A stretch of 51,401 bases of DNA, taken from a virus. Taxonomy: Duplodnaviria > Caudoviricetes. Within the stretch, counting starts at the first letter, position 1. Each line of letters begins with the position of its first letter. This document shows, piece after piece, positions 17,574-27,201 of the stretch. Position numbers and translations under genes: made by a program. The notes beneath the pieces are model-generated. The model was not told where the DNA came from. It ran no database searches and saw nothing but the letters and a program-made list of their open reading frames with translations. The stretch covers positions 1 to 51,401 of the IMG/VR virus record IMGVR_UViG_3300037439_000104; one strand, written 5' to 3'.

Positions 17574-19008
17574 CGGCCGGCTCCGGCTCCGGGGCCGGCT
17601 CGATCGGCGTGCCACCGGCCAGCGCGCGGGCGATCGTTGCGGACGGGTTCCGGGCCGCCTCAGCGGCGTCTTCCTCCTCCATCCGCTGGATCTCCTCCGG
17701 CGAGTAGCCGAGATCGATCCGAGCCTGCCGCAGCGTGGTGATGCCCTGCTGCCGCTTCTTCACCGCGGCGTCCGCCGCCTGGGCGACCGTCGGAGTCGAC
17801 GCGTCCCGCCACACCACTTTGAGCCGCCGTGCCCGTCGGTCCCATTTCTCGCCGTCGCGGATCCGCAGCGCAATGGCCATCAGGCGGCGCCAGTCCGACC
17901 CGAGGCCGGTCTGCTTGCGTTCCACCCGCTTCACCATCTGCGCCTCGCTGGATCGGATGGCGTCCGCGCTGGCCGGATTGTCGGTGTTGAACGACATGTA
18001 GTGCGGCGGCAGCGCCGCGAGCTGGGCCGCGAGCTGGGCCAGCACCCTGATCGTGTTGTGGAAGACGGCCAGGTCCGACTCCGGGAACTGGCCGACGGCG
18101 ACCTCGCCGGGCTTCTTGCGGTGTGCCCAGAGCCGGCCGGCGATCTGCTCGAAGGGCGAGATCGGGTTGCCGTTCTCGTCTTCGAAGTCTTCCTTGCTCA
18201 TGCCGAGCGCCCACCGGCGTGGCATGGCGTGGAACTCGCCGGACACCATCATGTCGGTGGCCATCTTGTTGGCCGCGTCCGCCAGCGGGATCACCGAGGC
18301 GAACTCCGACCGGCCGTCGTGCTTGAGCATCCGGGCCCGGTTGACCAGTGGCACCACCGGCACCACGCCGAGGCCGTGGTCGTCGACGTCCTGCTCGACC
18401 CAGCGGCGCGACTTGGCGTAGTGCCGGGTCGAGTCCGGCAGGTACAGGGTGGCCCGCTGCACCTTGTCGGCGTCCTTCCACCGCTTCAACGCGGCGACCG
18501 GGCGGCGGGTGCGCGGGTCCTGCTCGGTGATGCACTGCGTCGGGTGCTCGACTGTGATCAGGGGCGAGTCGGTGTCCTCGTCGAACGGGTCAATGCCGGA
18601 ATCGTCGGGGCCCTCCTCCAGGGCGCCCCGGGCTCCGACGATGGCGTACGCGCGTCCCAGGGTGATGCTCTCCAGGTGCGCCTGCTGGGACTGGCGGTCC
18701 ATGTCGTTGTCCTGCCAGATCCGCCACACGTCGGCGTCGGACTGGTCGACCTCGACCCCGTTGCTGGTCGACCCGGGGAACCGGAATCCGGTCAGGTCCA
18801 GGCGGGCCTCGTAGGCGTCGGCGACCATCTCCGGCCAGTTGATGACCAGCTCCGACAGCCGCTCCCCGAATTCCTCCTTCAACTCCAGGGCCAGAAACCG
18901 CAACGGCTGCCGGCCCTCGTAGTAAGCGTCCATCCTCCGCAGGGGCGACTGCTGCTTGAGCAGTTTGCCGTCGAGGTGAATCAAGGTCTCTTCCGGTGTC
19001 ATCGGCAC
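17563..19008 (-). CDS. Portal protein (SPP1 gp6-like)
   Basis: YYEGRQPL, INWPEMVAD, IWQDNDMD, PASADAIRS, WRDASTPT motifs. Confidence 0.9.
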   Translation of the reverse strand: MPMTPEETLIHLDGKLLKQQSPLRRMDAYYEGRQPLRFLALELKEEFGERLSELVINWPEMVADAYEARLDLTGFRFPGSTSNGVEVDQSDADVWRIWQDNDMDRQSQQAHLESITLGRAYAIVGARGALEEGPDDSGIDPFDEDTDSPLITVEHPTQCITEQDPRTRRPVAALKRWKDADKVQRATLYLPDSTRHYAKSRRWVEQDVDDHGLGVVPVVPLVNRARMLKHDGRSEFASVIPLADAANKMATDMMVSGEFHAMPRRWALGMSKEDFEDENGNPISPFEQIAGRLWAHRKKPGEVAVGQFPESDLAVFHNTIRVLAQLAAQLAALPPHYMSFNTDNPASADAIRSSEAQMVKRVERKQTGLGSDWRRLMAIALRIRDGEKWDRRARRLKVVWRDASTPTVAQAADAAVKKRQQGITTLRQARIDLGYSPEEIQRMEEEDAAEAARNPSATIARALAGGTPIEPAPEPEPAGVG

Positions 19009-19010
19009 CG

Positions 19011-20624
19011 CTACGACCTCCTCCCACCTCGGGTTCGACCTCGGAAGACGACCATCTTGGAACTGACCTCCGGCCACAGCCCGGCGGCGGTCACGTCGCC
19101 GGCCGCCTCGTGGCAGATCACCGAGGTGACTGAACAGTCGATCTTCTGGGTCGGGCTGGCCTTCTTGAGCACGTACCGCCGGCCCGGCCGGGCCGCCTTC
19201 CGCGTGTTCCGAACGTGCGCGGCGGTGATGCGGCACCCGTCGTGCGTGAACCCGGAGTCGGCCTTCACGACGTCGGTGACAAGCCGTTCTGCGGCGGCGT
19301 GCATCTGCGTCGCCCGGTAGGTCTCCCAGCGGATGACCCGCTTCTCCCCGTACTGCGCCGAGAACTCGTCCACCTCGGTCTCCCAGTACGGCGGGTCGAG
19401 GTACGCCCGGACCACCTGGTAGCGGGCCATCACCTCGTCGAACGCCGCCCGGACCTCAAGCCTCGGCACCTGGCCGTCATGGTTGGCGGGGTTCCACACG
19501 CACGGCAGCTTGTCGTCCCCGTACGTCGGGGTGAACTGGTAGCCGTCCTCGGTCTCACACCGGATCGCCGTCCAGTCGTCGACGTCAGAGCCGTCGAATG
19601 CCATGACGACCGCGGTCCCGTCGGGTACCTCCCGTGGCTGCGCCCGGGCATCCCACTTCTCCCCGTCCAGCCAAGATCCGGAGCCGGCGTCGGGGATGTT
19701 CCAGTAGTAGCGGATCGCCTGGCCAGGGTCCTTCTCGGCGATCTCGACCGCTTCGGCGTCAATCCGGTCCATGTTGACCCAGGGCTTGATGCCGAGGCTG
19801 CCACGGGTCATCGAATCCCCGTACGCCGCCCGCAGCGCTCGGCGTCGTTCGGCCTTGTTCGCCAGCGACGGGCGGGGCGGGATCCGGTGGTCGCGGTAGA
19901 TGTCTCGGGCGGTGGCTTCGGATGTCCGCTGGGCTACGGACTGCTCCGACGGATCCCACGCGTTCGTGGTCTCGATCGCACGGCCACCGGTTCCGGAGAG
20001 GTTCCGGCGCTGGTTGTTGGCCAACGTCCAGCCGCCGTTGGACTCGACCCAGCAGTGGGTTTCGTCCTGCACCGAGAAGGTGATCCGCTGTCCCAACCTC
20101 GCCCGGCCGGATGAGGTGACCGGCTCGATCAGCCCGCCGTTGGGCAGGTTGATCCGGGTCGCCCCGGTGTCCGGGATGAGGTCGGCGAGCGGCCCTTCGG
20201 TGATCATCGGAATGAGCGCCCGGTAGACGTTGTCCGTCTGATCCTCGGACGTCGCCGTGACCTGGATCCACGGAGTCACCCACGGCCGGCCGACGGGCTC
20301 CCCGCTCGCGTCCCAGCCGGCGAACCGCACGTCTCCGTCAGCTTCTGCGCAGATCATCGCCGCCGACAGCGGCCCCTTGCCCCACTTCTGCGGCCGGACG
20401 AGCTGCGACCGGCGGAACGACCACGCGGACTGCCAACCTTCCTCGGTGGCGTTCGACAGCAGTCGGTAGTGCCAGACGAGGAACGTCCACATCTCATCAG
20501 TGAGCTTGAAGGGTTCCCCGAGGTGGTCGTTGTCGGGAATGACGCAGTGCTCTTCGATCCACTCGCCGATGGACCAACCGAGGGTGGGGAACTCACCGGG
20601 GTGACTAGGCCCCCGCCACGGCAC
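19011..20624 (-). CDS. terL: Terminase large subunit
   Basis: Walker-A-like RPQKWGKG, QDETH Walker B, FDGS..DDWTA nuclease motif, KIDC. Confidence 0.9.
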   Translation of the reverse strand: MPWRGPSHPGEFPTLGWSIGEWIEEHCVIPDNDHLGEPFKLTDEMWTFLVWHYRLLSNATEEGWQSAWSFRRSQLVRPQKWGKGPLSAAMICAEADGDVRFAGWDASGEPVGRPWVTPWIQVTATSEDQTDNVYRALIPMITEGPLADLIPDTGATRINLPNGGLIEPVTSSGRARLGQRITFSVQDETHCWVESNGGWTLANNQRRNLSGTGGRAIETTNAWDPSEQSVAQRTSEATARDIYRDHRIPPRPSLANKAERRRALRAAYGDSMTRGSLGIKPWVNMDRIDAEAVEIAEKDPGQAIRYYWNIPDAGSGSWLDGEKWDARAQPREVPDGTAVVMAFDGSDVDDWTAIRCETEDGYQFTPTYGDDKLPCVWNPANHDGQVPRLEVRAAFDEVMARYQVVRAYLDPPYWETEVDEFSAQYGEKRVIRWETYRATQMHAAAERLVTDVVKADSGFTHDGCRITAAHVRNTRKAARPGRRYVLKKASPTQKIDCSVTSVICHEAAGDVTAAGLWPEVSSKMVVFRGRTRGGRRS

Positions 20625-21207
20625 CGGGGTCTACCACCCTCAGACGTTGCCGCGGTGACGGCTTCGGCTCGGCCGCCTTGGCTTCGCGTTGCTGCGCCAC
20701 CTGGTCAGTAACGACCTCCCACCGGAGCCGGAGCATCGCCATCGGCGACAAACCGAGCCGGTCCGACCATTGCCGGGCCTCACGCGCGGAGTCGAGATCA
20801 CCGAGTTCGGCCAGCACCTTGTGCCGTACGTACTGGGCGACGTCGCGGGTCCAGCCGAGTCGCTCCCACTGGGCTGCCTGCGGCAGGCCCCACAACTCCC
20901 GCCACAGGGACGCTTCCAACGCCTTCTGCTCCGCGAGCTGCCGGTTCAGGATCTCTAGCCGCTCTCTCGCCCCGTCGAGGCGACGCTCGACCGGCTTGCC
21001 CTCGGACATCTCGTACTCAAGGTGCTCCACCTTGGCTGCGGCCAAGTCCCGGCGAGCGGACATCACCACGTCTGGGATCAGCGGCCACCTCGGCGGCGGG
21101 CCCTTGCGCCCCTCGGCGGGCAGCTTGGTCGTCGCTACCGTCGCGTTCCGACGACGACGCTGGTCGTCCGGCTTCGGGGGTGGGCCCATTCCGGCCATGG
21201 TCATCAC
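20605..21207 (-). CDS. terS: Terminase small subunit
   Basis: GMGPPPKP..RRRRN N-terminus; RLGLSPMAMLRLRW P27-like motif; directly upstream of terL. Confidence 0.8.
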   Translation of the reverse strand: MMTMAGMGPPPKPDDQRRRRNATVATTKLPAEGRKGPPPRWPLIPDVVMSARRDLAAAKVEHLEYEMSEGKPVERRLDGARERLEILNRQLAEQKALEASLWRELWGLPQAAQWERLGWTRDVAQYVRHKVLAELGDLDSAREARQWSDRLGLSPMAMLRLRWEVVTDQVAQQREAKAAEPKPSPRQRLRVVDPGAVAGA

Positions 21208-21356
21208 ACCTCTCGCGGCGTCGCACCGCGGTCCGGTTCGTCGTCACATCGCGTGACGATTCGCATGATCAGGTCTTCCCAGACCCGTACAGGCGCCGAG
21301 CGCCCTCACCCGGGGTCCGCTGGCCTGGGGCCTAGGGGTCTCCTCCCCACCCCATG

Positions 21357-21713
21357 TCACTCAGAGTGAGATCGTTGCCAGCCTCGGTTGCACCGCTCGT
21401 GTGCCGGACCGCGCCATCCGCGTCTGTCGTCCGTGTGGTCCAGGTCCCATGGCTGGTCAGCGGCGATGGCCCGTGTCGGCATGACGCACGTCGTGGCGTG
21501 GCAGTCAACCTCGCCCCGCTCTACCTTCGGCTTCCACTCGGCACGCAGTCGGTCGTGCTCGGCGGTGTACCCGCGCTGCTGTCGTCGTCCTCGTGCCGCG
21601 TCGGCGGTCCGGCTGCACCGATGGCAGCGCCCGCCCTCCGTCAGCTCGGGGCAGGATCCGGGGTGCGCGGCGCATCCGACGCAGGGGCAGACGCGCATTG
21701 CTCGCGGCACCAC
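21357..21713 (-). CDS. HNH endonuclease (packaging-associated)
   Basis: RGY..EH, WDLDH...GPAHERCNR; canonical position before terS. Confidence 0.75.
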   Translation of the reverse strand: MVPRAMRVCPCVGCAAHPGSCPELTEGGRCHRCSRTADAARGRRQQRGYTAEHDRLRAEWKPKVERGEVDCHATTCVMPTRAIAADQPWDLDHTDDRRGWRGPAHERCNRGWQRSHSE

Positions 21714-21998
21714 GCCTCCAATGCGGCACGAACCCCCGTTGACCCATACCCCCGAGGTACCACACCGGGAAGTCGGGCCGTCTCCGTGGCGCTCAGGCCG
21801 TTGTGCCTGCTCACGGCTTGGTCATCCACCGTTGTTGCAGGTGGCGCGGCCGGACCCTCGCCCGACCCGGCCGCGCACCACCAACCCGCACCATCTCCAC
21901 CAGCGCCGACTGGACCCGGAGACGACAACAGCCCGGGAACCGTGGGGTTCGACCGGGCTTGGAGACAGACCACCTACTCGCGATGTGATCAAAGCGTA

Positions 21999-22247
21999 TC
22001 AGGCCGGTTGCAGGACGTCGGCTCGACGAGGCGCACCGAGACCGCCGAGGCGCTTCTCCCGCTCAATCTCGCCCGCACGGATGAGCGGGTACCTGACCTG
22101 ACGGCGGCCGGCGGCATCCTTCATCCGGGCAGCGGGCAGGCCATCGCGGCGGGCGTAGTTGCGGATGACGTGCGGCAGGACCCCGAGCGCCTTGGCCACC
22201 TCGGCGGCGGTGCCGTACATCTGCCCGTCCTTCGGGTTCCGGATCAT
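21999..22247 (-). CDS. Small HTH protein (possible late regulator)
   Basis: GTAAEVAKALGVLPHVIRNYARR; ATGA overlap at 22244-22247. Confidence 0.65.
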   Translation of the reverse strand: MIRNPKDGQMYGTAAEVAKALGVLPHVIRNYARRDGLPAARMKDAAGRRQVRYPLIRAGEIEREKRLGGLGAPRRADVLQPA

Positions 22248-22960
22248 GCCGCCTCCGACCAGAAACCTGGGCACGCCGCGAGCACCCTGCCGCCGGCCTG
22301 ACTGGCTGAGTCCCAGATGTGCACCGCGCCCTCCACCTGCACCAGCATCCCGCAGCCGCACCCCTGCCCGGAGCAGCGGCACTCGGTACCGCACGTCACC
22401 ACCCAGTCGACCGGGTCGGGGGCGGCGGTGCGGACGTACAGCGGGCGCCGCTCGCACTTCGGGCACTGGGCGCCGGGCAGCACGTGCTCGTCGGGGTCGA
22501 GATGCAGCGCGGTGCGGATCTCCTTGTCGAGCCCGGCGAGCCAGCCGGTCACGGTGCCGGCGGTACCCGGCTGCATGTCGGGCAGGGCGTTGCGGAGTCG
22601 GTCGAGCGGGTCGCCGGCCGCGAGCGGGGTCATCTGGTCGGCGAGCCACCGCAGGGTGTCGGTGGTGCTCGCGGCGAGCTTGCCGGCCCAGCCGGCGGGG
22701 ATGTCTCGGGTGGCGGCGTCGATGCTGCCGAGGATGGTCCGCCCGACAGGGTCTCCGTGTCCGCCGGGTGAGCGGCCGGTCATTGGACGCCAGGCTTGGA
22801 TGTTGGCGGCGGCGGCTGTGGTGATCGCGTCGGTGCGGCGCTGGGCGGCCTCTCGGTCGGCGACGTCGTCGAGCTGCTGCCGGGCCCGGCGGAGGCTCCA
22901 CGCACAGGCGATGGCGTGCAGGGTGTTCGGGTGGCGAGGTGTGGCGGTGTGGCCGGTCAT
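22244..22960 (-). CDS. Hypothetical protein with C-terminal Zn ribbon
   Basis: CPKC...CxxxCxCxxxxCxC cluster. Confidence 0.65.
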   Translation of the reverse strand: MTGHTATPRHPNTLHAIACAWSLRRARQQLDDVADREAAQRRTDAITTAAAANIQAWRPMTGRSPGGHGDPVGRTILGSIDAATRDIPAGWAGKLAASTTDTLRWLADQMTPLAAGDPLDRLRNALPDMQPGTAGTVTGWLAGLDKEIRTALHLDPDEHVLPGAQCPKCERRPLYVRTAAPDPVDWVVTCGTECRCSGQGCGCGMLVQVEGAVHIWDSASQAGGRVLAACPGFWSEAA

Positions 22961-23061
22961 GACGATGCGGTCCCCTCGGTAGGCTGGCCTTGATCCACGG
23001 CGCGCTCCTACGGGGCGTGGGCGGCCTCCATGCGGTGCAGCGTGGAGGCCGCCGATCTGCG

Positions 23062-23328
23062 TCAGGGGGTCTGTGCGGGTTCGTCAGCGGGAAGAGCCCG
23101 ATCCATGCACTTGCGACAGAGCTGCTGCGACTCGACCAGCAGACTGAGCCAGAGATGCTCGGCGCAGAAGTAGCCACCGCAGCCCAGCTCGTCGCCACCC
23201 GGAGTGTCTCCGCACAGGTAGCCCAAGCCCCGGTCGATCTTCTCCTTGCACCCGCCCTCGTCGCAGGTGGCAGTGATGGCATAGCCGGCCTCACGGCCGT
23301 CGGCGAGGGTGTAGCGCGCGTAACCCAT
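23062..23328 (-). CDS. Cys-rich hypothetical protein
   Basis: AGY...CD..GC...IDRGLGYLCG...CGGYFCAEH. Confidence 0.7.
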   Translation of the reverse strand: MGYARYTLADGREAGYAITATCDEGGCKEKIDRGLGYLCGDTPGGDELGCGGYFCAEHLWLSLLVESQQLCRKCMDRALPADEPAQTP

Positions 23329-23355
23329 GATCTCGGTCCTCTCGGTGGTGGCCGC

Positions 23356-24348
23356 TCAGCGCGGCGCGGGGTCGTCGGTGCGGTCGAGGTGGCGCCCGAA
23401 CCGGCTCATCAGCCGGTAGGCGGCGGCGTTGGCCGGGTCGTACTGCGACCGGTCGTAGCCACGGGTGGTGTCGGTGGAGGCATGCCCGACGTCCCGGGCC
23501 ACGTCGTAGATCGGCACGCCTTCGTCGAGGGCGGCGGTCACGTAGGTCGCCCGGGTCGAGTGCGGGGTCAACTGGTCGACCACGGTGGTCGGTAGGCCGG
23601 CGGCGCGGGCGAGGCGGCGGAGCAGGAGCCGGACGGCCTTGCGGTCCATCCGGGCGCCCTTGGCGGTGGCGATGAGCGGACGCTGCTGGCCGGCACCAGC
23701 CTGGTCGGTGCGGACGACGGCCATGGCGGTGTCGGTCCGAGCGGCCAGGTACCCGTTGAGGCGGGCGACGACCGGCGGCACGAGGGTGACGGTCCGACCC
23801 TTGCCGCCCTTGCCGTGGACGTGGAGCACGGTGTGGCCCCGGTCGACGGCGATGTCGGCGGTGTTCGCGGCGAGCAGTTCACCGACCCGGATGCCGGTGT
23901 GGATGAGCAGCCAGACGATGGCGGCGGAGCGTGGGGTGTCGAGGTCGGCCCGGTCGAGCAGGGCGGCGGCGTGTTCGTCGGACAGCGCGGACGCGGGCCG
24001 GGGCGCCCGGGTGGGGCGTTCCTCCTTGGTGAGCTTGGCCGGGTTCCGCTGGGCCTGCTGGTTGCGGATCAGCCACTCGTAGAAGCTGGACACGGCGCCG
24101 AGCCGGCGGGCCTGGGTGGTGCCGGACTCGCCACGCTGGCCGAGGTGGCCAAGCCAGAGTTGGACGTGGGCGGGCCAGACGTCGAACGGGTCGAGGCCGT
24201 TGGCGTGGCACCAGTCGAGCCAGATCGGCAGATCGCGGCGGTAGGCGTCCTTGGTGTGCTCGCTCCGCTGACCCTTGGCCTCGACGAAGACCGCGACGAG
24301 CCGAGCGAGGCGGTCGCCCGGCTGCGCCACGGGTACGAGGTCGGTCAC
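23356..24348 (-). CDS. Second tyrosine recombinase (XerC/D-like)
   Basis: SAM-like N-terminus; TGIRVGEL, GKG, PHSTR, GHAS..TT..Y complete catalytic set. Confidence 0.9.
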   Translation of the reverse strand: MTDLVPVAQPGDRLARLVAVFVEAKGQRSEHTKDAYRRDLPIWLDWCHANGLDPFDVWPAHVQLWLGHLGQRGESGTTQARRLGAVSSFYEWLIRNQQAQRNPAKLTKEERPTRAPRPASALSDEHAAALLDRADLDTPRSAAIVWLLIHTGIRVGELLAANTADIAVDRGHTVLHVHGKGGKGRTVTLVPPVVARLNGYLAARTDTAMAVVRTDQAGAGQQRPLIATAKGARMDRKAVRLLLRRLARAAGLPTTVVDQLTPHSTRATYVTAALDEGVPIYDVARDVGHASTDTTRGYDRSQYDPANAAAYRLMSRFGRHLDRTDDPAPR

Positions 24349-24674
24349 GCCTGAGCCTTGGTGAAGAACTGACCGAAGGTGGCACGGTCGTAGCGGTCAA
24401 AGGTGCCACTGGTCCAGCGGACGACCCAGTCACCGAAATCGGCCTTGCGGCGTCCCCGGTCGGTGAAGATGGTCAGCCCTGCGACCACCAGGCCGCCCCC
24501 TCCTGTCGGGTTGGGGCTAAAGAACTGCTTCGAGTCGGCCCACTCCCAGACGGCTCGACCGTTTTCGTGGGTGAGCTGAACGGCCTGTACCTCCACGCCC
24601 GCGCTGTTGCGGTAGGTGCCGAGGTCGGGCATCGGCGGCACGTACCCGGGGGCGTAGTCGGCGATCTGGTTCAC
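24345..24674 (-). CDS. Hypothetical protein
   Basis: VQAVQLT...ADFGDWVVR common phage motif; GTG 24674. Confidence 0.6.
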   Translation of the reverse strand: MNQIADYAPGYVPPMPDLGTYRNSAGVEVQAVQLTHENGRAVWEWADSKQFFSPNPTGGGGLVVAGLTIFTDRGRRKADFGDWVVRWTSGTFDRYDRATFGQFFTKAQA

Positions 24675-24717
24675 GTCATCGTCCTCTCTAGATCGTTCCT
24701 TGCCGTCATAACGGGGC

Positions 24718-25131
24718 TTATGAGGGTGTCTGACCGAGGCTGGTATTCGACTGCGCACGCCACCACCTGACCTCTTCGACCAGCCGACCCATCACCGGCC
24801 GATAGTCGCCATCCGGGTGCGTGCAGCCCTGCGGCAGTCCGGCGTCGCAGCTTCCGCAGAGATCCAGCCAAGGCGAGACCTTTGCGAGATCGACGTAAGG
24901 CGCGTCGGGGCCCGGGGCGGCCACAGCCAGCCGCTCACGTTCGTCCTGGCGGATCATCTCGGCAACCGCGTCGTACGTAGCCCGCGCGTAGTGACCGCTC
25001 GGCTGTAGCCCGGCCCGTTCGTGGTGGGCGGTGGCAGCGGCCGTCGCCCGGTCACGCAGACGAACGGCAGCGGCGAACTTGCTGAGGTCTGACGAGTTCG
25101 GGGCAGTCGTGGAATCATGGGTCTCGCTCAT
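24718..25131 (-). CDS. Hypothetical protein
   Basis: GGAGG RBS; CGSCDAG..C motif. Confidence 0.6.
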   Translation of the reverse strand: MSETHDSTTAPNSSDLSKFAAAVRLRDRATAAATAHHERAGLQPSGHYARATYDAVAEMIRQDERERLAVAAPGPDAPYVDLAKVSPWLDLCGSCDAGLPQGCTHPDGDYRPVMGRLVEEVRWWRAQSNTSLGQTPS

Positions 25132-25185
25132 GTGTCCTCCGTTGGTCTTGGACGGTCATCGCAGTTATCGGCCTAGTCCGGTCGG

Positions 25186-25335
25186 TCACCGCGTCCAGTA
25201 CCTCCCGCAACGGGTGCACCAGAAGTGCTTCGCCCGGCCCACATCGACCAGCCGGCTAGCGATCCATGACGTGCTCGATCGGGTGTCGTGGTGGAAGCAG
25301 GCGCGACGCTTGCGCCAGGTCTTGATCAGCTTCAT
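25186..25335 (-). CDS. Small Zn-ribbon protein
   Basis: MKLIKTWRKRRACFHH...CTRCG; ATGA overlap. Confidence 0.5.
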   Translation of the reverse strand: MKLIKTWRKRRACFHHDTRSSTSWIASRLVDVGRAKHFWCTRCGRYWTR

Positions 25336-25652
25336 GACGCGGCCCGGAGGAACTCGGTGTCCGGCGCGACCGCCCAGGCGATCGAGTCCTGTCGGAACGC
25401 CTTCGCCTCCGTCGCCAGCTCGAACCTCAGCGCCTCGGCGTGGATCGGCGCGACGCGGACGCACCAGCACGCGTTCTGCCACGGGTCGGACGGCACCGAC
25501 AGCCACCGACCATAGATCTGCTGGACGTGATCGCGGATGTGCCCTTCAACGAGAGCGTGGAAGTGCGACCACTCGTTCTGCGTCAGCTTGTCGTCGCTGT
25601 TGCCGATGCTGATGTAGACGGTCAGGGTCTCGGGGGGCTGCTCGTTGCTCAC
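25332..25652 (-). CDS. Hypothetical protein
   Basis: ISIGNSDDKLTQ.EW...WQNACW...QDSIAW; AAGGAG RBS. Confidence 0.7.
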   Translation of the reverse strand: MSNEQPPETLTVYISIGNSDDKLTQNEWSHFHALVEGHIRDHVQQIYGRWLSVPSDPWQNACWCVRVAPIHAEALRFELATEAKAFRQDSIAWAVAPDTEFLRAAS

Positions 25653-25697
25653 TTCGATCTCCTTCTCTGGGTCTCGCGACCTTGGCCTTATCGGGAG

Positions 25698-25967
25698 TCA
25701 GACCGGCACATCGCGGGGGATGTTGTGCTCGGCCAGGAACTGTTCGCCGAGTTCGAGTAGCGCCTCACCGACCTCCTGCTCCAGCTCGTGCAGCGCGGCA
25801 GAGTGCTTCTCTGGGTCGGCACCGAGGTGTTCCATCAGCCCTGTCGCAACGACACGCATCGCGGTGAGTGGCCCCCACCCGACCATCGGAATCGAGGCGG
25901 GGCCCGTGCAGAACTGGTAGTCGGTGCATCGCCGCTGGAACCAGTGGTTGTGCTCTTCCCAGGCCAT
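25698..25967 (-). CDS. Hypothetical protein
   Basis: TAATG coupling to the resolvase gene. Confidence 0.55.
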   Translation of the reverse strand: MAWEEHNHWFQRRCTDYQFCTGPASIPMVGWGPLTAMRVVATGLMEHLGADPEKHSAALHELEQEVGEALLELGEQFLAEHNIPRDVPV

Positions 25968-26806
25968 TACGCCACCGCCTCGGGCAGCGCCACGTCGGCC
26001 ACCGGGTCATGCAGGCTGCGGTCGGTGCCGTACGGGGCGACCGGGGGCGCCGACGGCAGACCCAAATCGGCGATCGGGACCGGCCTGGCCGGGATGGGGT
26101 GCGAGTCCCAACCGCAGCCGGGGCACGGGCCGCCGTCAGCTCCGTGCAACTCGTGGCCGCAGTGGCCGGGGTCGCCGGGCTGCGGGTGGGTACCCCACGG
26201 GCTGATGGCCGGCGGATCGTCGAGGGACAGGACGGGGCGCACGGGCGGCACCGAGGTCTCCGGCCACGTCACCTTGCCCAGTGCCGTCACCTGGTGCTCA
26301 CCAAGCGGACCCAACGGGGCACCGAGGTGGGCATACCCCATCGCCATCAGGCCGGCGGCGTCCGCCTCGTCGAACCCACCCCGAAACCAGTCGAACCAGT
26401 CGTCGATCAGGTCTCGCATCAGGACCTTGTTGGCGGCACCGTTCGACGTCACGAACTGCTTCAAGGTCGACGGCGGCACGAGGGCGTACGGGATGGCTCG
26501 GCGCCACAGTCGGTCCCGGATGATCCACGAGAGGCCGGCGAGCTGTCGGTCGGTGTCGTGAGCGTCGTAGGCGAGGCCTTCCATCACGACGAGGTCGACG
26601 CCGGTCAGGTAGTCGTCGAGTTGGCTGGTGATGGCAGTGAGGCGCTGGTGGTTGTAGGCGGTCCGGAGTCGAGCGTCGTTGGTCTTGTCGTCCCGTTCGC
26701 GGTGGATCCGGGTGCGGTTGGCGGGTTCGATGGTGGCAGTCCATCCGGGTCCGGCGAGGCCGGTGCTGGTGAGGCTGAGGTCGATGCCCAGCACCTTGGC
26801 GGTCAT
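25967..26806 (-). CDS. RuvC-like Holliday junction resolvase with C-terminal extension
   Basis: VLGIDLSLTSTG, VVMEG, PPSTLKQFVTSNGAANK, DEADA. Confidence 0.85.
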   Translation of the reverse strand: MTAKVLGIDLSLTSTGLAGPGWTATIEPANRTRIHRERDDKTNDARLRTAYNHQRLTAITSQLDDYLTGVDLVVMEGLAYDAHDTDRQLAGLSWIIRDRLWRRAIPYALVPPSTLKQFVTSNGAANKVLMRDLIDDWFDWFRGGFDEADAAGLMAMGYAHLGAPLGPLGEHQVTALGKVTWPETSVPPVRPVLSLDDPPAISPWGTHPQPGDPGHCGHELHGADGGPCPGCGWDSHPIPARPVPIADLGLPSAPPVAPYGTDRSLHDPVADVALPEAVA

Positions 26807-26990
26807 CGCTGGCCGCCGTTCCGGACCGCGGTCGTAGCTGTCCATGGTCGTCTCCGTTCAGCGGGTCAGTCGGTTGGTGGGCGAGCGGTGGCTGCGGCGT
26901 AGTCGCTCGAGGGCCTCGGCGCGGCGTGCGGCGAGGTCGTCGAGGACCCGTTCGGCGATGGGCGCGAAGTGCTCCGGATCGTCGTCCGGA

Positions 26991-27201
26991 GGGTGGACAT
27001 CCGGGCCGGGGGGTGTACAGGTGTACTCGTACACCCCCTCCCCCCCATGGGGCTGGCTCGCGTGCGTAGCGTAGTCAGGGTTTTTTTTGTATTTTGATCT
27101 TTCTTTATAGAGGTCAGGGCCTGTTTCACTCTCAGTCACGATTTCGTCACTCCTTCCGTTTCGGCCTCTCGCGGGGTGTACATGTCCACCCCGTACACCC
27201 C
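26991..27201. other. Putative replication origin
   Basis: AT-rich tract 27081-27109 flanked by direct and inverted GGGTG(T/G)AC repeats, at the 3' end of the replication ATPase gene. Confidence 0.55.

Noticed and set aside
21260-21356. Exact cos site between HNH and terS
   Set aside because: Position is plausible but no sequence feature fixes it; needs virion end sequencing.
21840-21958. ncRNA in the late-leader hairpins
   Set aside because: Only GC-rich stem-loops with no recognisable family motif; cannot be separated from background.
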